Shown here piece after piece: positions 62,106 to 64,000 of a stretch of 64,000 bases of DNA (positions within the stretch are counted from its first letter, which is position 1; each line of letters begins with the position of its first letter). Made by a program: the position numbers and the translations under genes. Under the pieces are notes generated by a model. It did no database searches and was not told the origin of the DNA. It was given only the letters and a program-made list of their open reading frames with translations. The DNA is from Rhizodiscina lignyota (taxonomy: Eukaryota). The stretch is taken from the NCBI GenBank assembly GCA_010015805.1, contig ML978121.1:1984001-2048000 (forward strand). The letters run 5' to 3'.

Positions 62106-63322
62106 CTAAACGCCACATTCACTTGCCGGGGATGGAAGGGCAAGAGGATACACTCCGTCACCAGGAACAACATCCGGACCGGGCTTCGGATACTTCAGCT
62201 CGGCAGTGGTAAGAGGAGACTCGCAGCCGTTGTTGATGTCTGCAAAGAACATCGATGGGCGATCCTTATAGGCGACGGTGGAACGCTCTTCAACGTGAAC
62301 GACGTCGACATCGCGCTCCAGATCGTGCTCCAGATTGTGCTTTGTGACCAGGCTCCGGAAGTGGGAGCGGACGATGCTGCCAAAGCGCTTATGCTTGCTG
62401 CCAGCTGCAGTTGGGGACTCGTTGCATGTACAAGTGCAGTCGCTCATGCTGTAGTGGCCGTTGGTATTCTTCTTAGCTGCTTGGGCACAGGTGCAGGCAC
62501 AATCGCTCATCAAGTAAGCTGGAGTAATACGCTTGTTGATCGCGGGAATCAAGACAGCGCGTTTGTGGATTGCTCCAGGTTTTGGTGCCGATGGGGCCTT
62601 GCTGCAATCGCAGTCGCATCCGCCAGTGGTGTATTGGTTGGCGGCGTCTAGAGCGAAAGCGGACGCGCATGTACAGGTACAGCCGTCCATATCATACGAT
62701 GGAGCGGCGTTGGAGGCCGGCCCGGTTGATGAACTTGACTTGGAATCTTTCTTTGCGATGGTGACTGCAGCACAGTTCATGAAGAATTCCTGTTCGCGAT
62801 TCATCCATGTCCACGCGAAGACGGCTTGGCCCGTCGGCATGTCTGCAGGGACGTCGAACTCAAAGGTCTGTCCACTAGGATCAAGTCCACCATTGCGATG
62901 CGGGCAGTTGCCTTCGAAGCTTGTCGCAACTTGGAACGTCTTGCCCTTGTCAACGGAGAAGCCAACCTGGCATGAACCGCCGTAGTGATTTCCTAGCTCA
63001 TGTGAGATAGTATAGTACCTCTTACCTTTACTGTGAATATGACATGGAGAAGCATACCGAGACCCGTGAGAGTGAATTTCTGCTTACTACCAACTACCCA
63101 AGACGTGACGGGAGCCCCTTCAGGTTTGCCTAAGAGATTAAGATAGCCACCGCATGGGAACACCGTGGTTCTTCCACAACAGTTGTACGGGTAGAAGAGG
63201 AATGGATCCGGGGCTCCAGAGGTGTGAGGATTGTTACTGGAATTGAACGCTGGGGGGTAGTTGAGCTGCATGTGGCTACGCGCCACAATCAGCAGCGACA
63301 GCATGCATAAGAGGAGAATCAT
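62106..63322 (-). CDS. Secreted AA11-like lytic polysaccharide monooxygenase with Cys-rich insertion
   Basis: Signal peptide MILLLCMLSLLIVARS then His1 (HMQLNYP); FPC, NHYGGSCQ, FAWTWMNR..EFFMNCA, PSMFFADINNGC...YPKPG. Intron 62993-63057. Confidence 0.85.
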
Positions 63323-64000
63323 GGTCGTCAAGTATAGACTGTTGAGTGGAAAAGATCCTTCGATATAAGGAAGGAATTGGCTGTTGCTAAAAAAAGTAAA
63401 AGGAGTGTGGGAAGAGAAAGGTTGAGTGTTAAGTAGGAAGAAGGAAGGTTGTCGTATTTATATGGCCGGTTTGTTTTGGCGTGGACGCGACGTTGTTGTG
63501 ATGAAAGCGTTCGCGCAATAGAGCATGATTGTGTTGCCCGTCAATAGCCGCCAAATACGCGCTCTTTAATCGCAGATTGCACATGTGACTGATCGCGTGT
63601 TCTACTGTGAAGACGGGAGCTCAGCTCATTAAACTCATCCCAGCGATAAGCTTTGCCAGCCGGCCAGTTCAATTTATCAGTTCTGCTCCCCTCTCTAACA
63701 GCAGTGGCAAAGTGGCATCCCAAGAAAATTAAGAGTATAGCACAATCGGCACGTTTGGAAAGGGCCAGGAGAAGTGGCTCTAGTGGATGTGAAATGGTCT
63801 AAATGCATCTAACGTTGCACGAGCGCCTGGGGGGCATTTGTGTCACTGTGGTGAGACACCATTCCAGAGCGGACATCCCATGGACGTTTAGATGAAGTTG
63901 AAACAAGAACGCCTGGAGACAATTGTAGGCGGCTGTATGGAGTAGGAAGGCAAGGAAGGGATGATTGATGTTCGCCGTGTTTGCTGTGAAGCAGTCTACA

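Noticed and set aside
1..64000. Intact transposon or Starship-type element
   Set aside because: No transposase, reverse transcriptase, tyrosine recombinase, LTR or TIR pair was recognised.

Overview
Gene-dense, intron-containing nuclear DNA from a filamentous ascomycete (Pezizomycotina; a Dothideomycete-like assignment is my impression only). About 28 protein-coding genes can be reconstructed from the ORFs plus GT-AG and branch-point signals. Housekeeping genes: RSE1/SF3B3, MSS51, RCM1/NSUN5, APC10, LEU2, complex I 51-kDa subunit, SOD2, QCR6, dynactin p27, Hsp20. Secreted or CAZyme genes: S10 carboxypeptidase, GDSL-like protein, GH16, GH89, AA11-like LPMO. Also a CYP505 fusion, a SidL-like acetyltransferase, a PTH11-like receptor, an MFS transporter and several hypotheticals. 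No intact transposon, CRISPR array or secondary-metabolite backbone gene was seen. Best non-obvious signals: (1) a box C/D snoRNA in RSE1 intron 2 whose guide fits 18S Am541; (2) a structured RSE1 intron 1; (3) an AA11-like LPMO with Phe at the axial Tyr position and an inserted duplicated CxCxC module flanked by KR sites; (4) a secreted GDSL-fold protein lacking all three catalytic residues; (5) a tRNA-like Pol III element next to an orphan gene. All assignments come from motif recognition by eye; no searches were run, and exon boundaries are manual.
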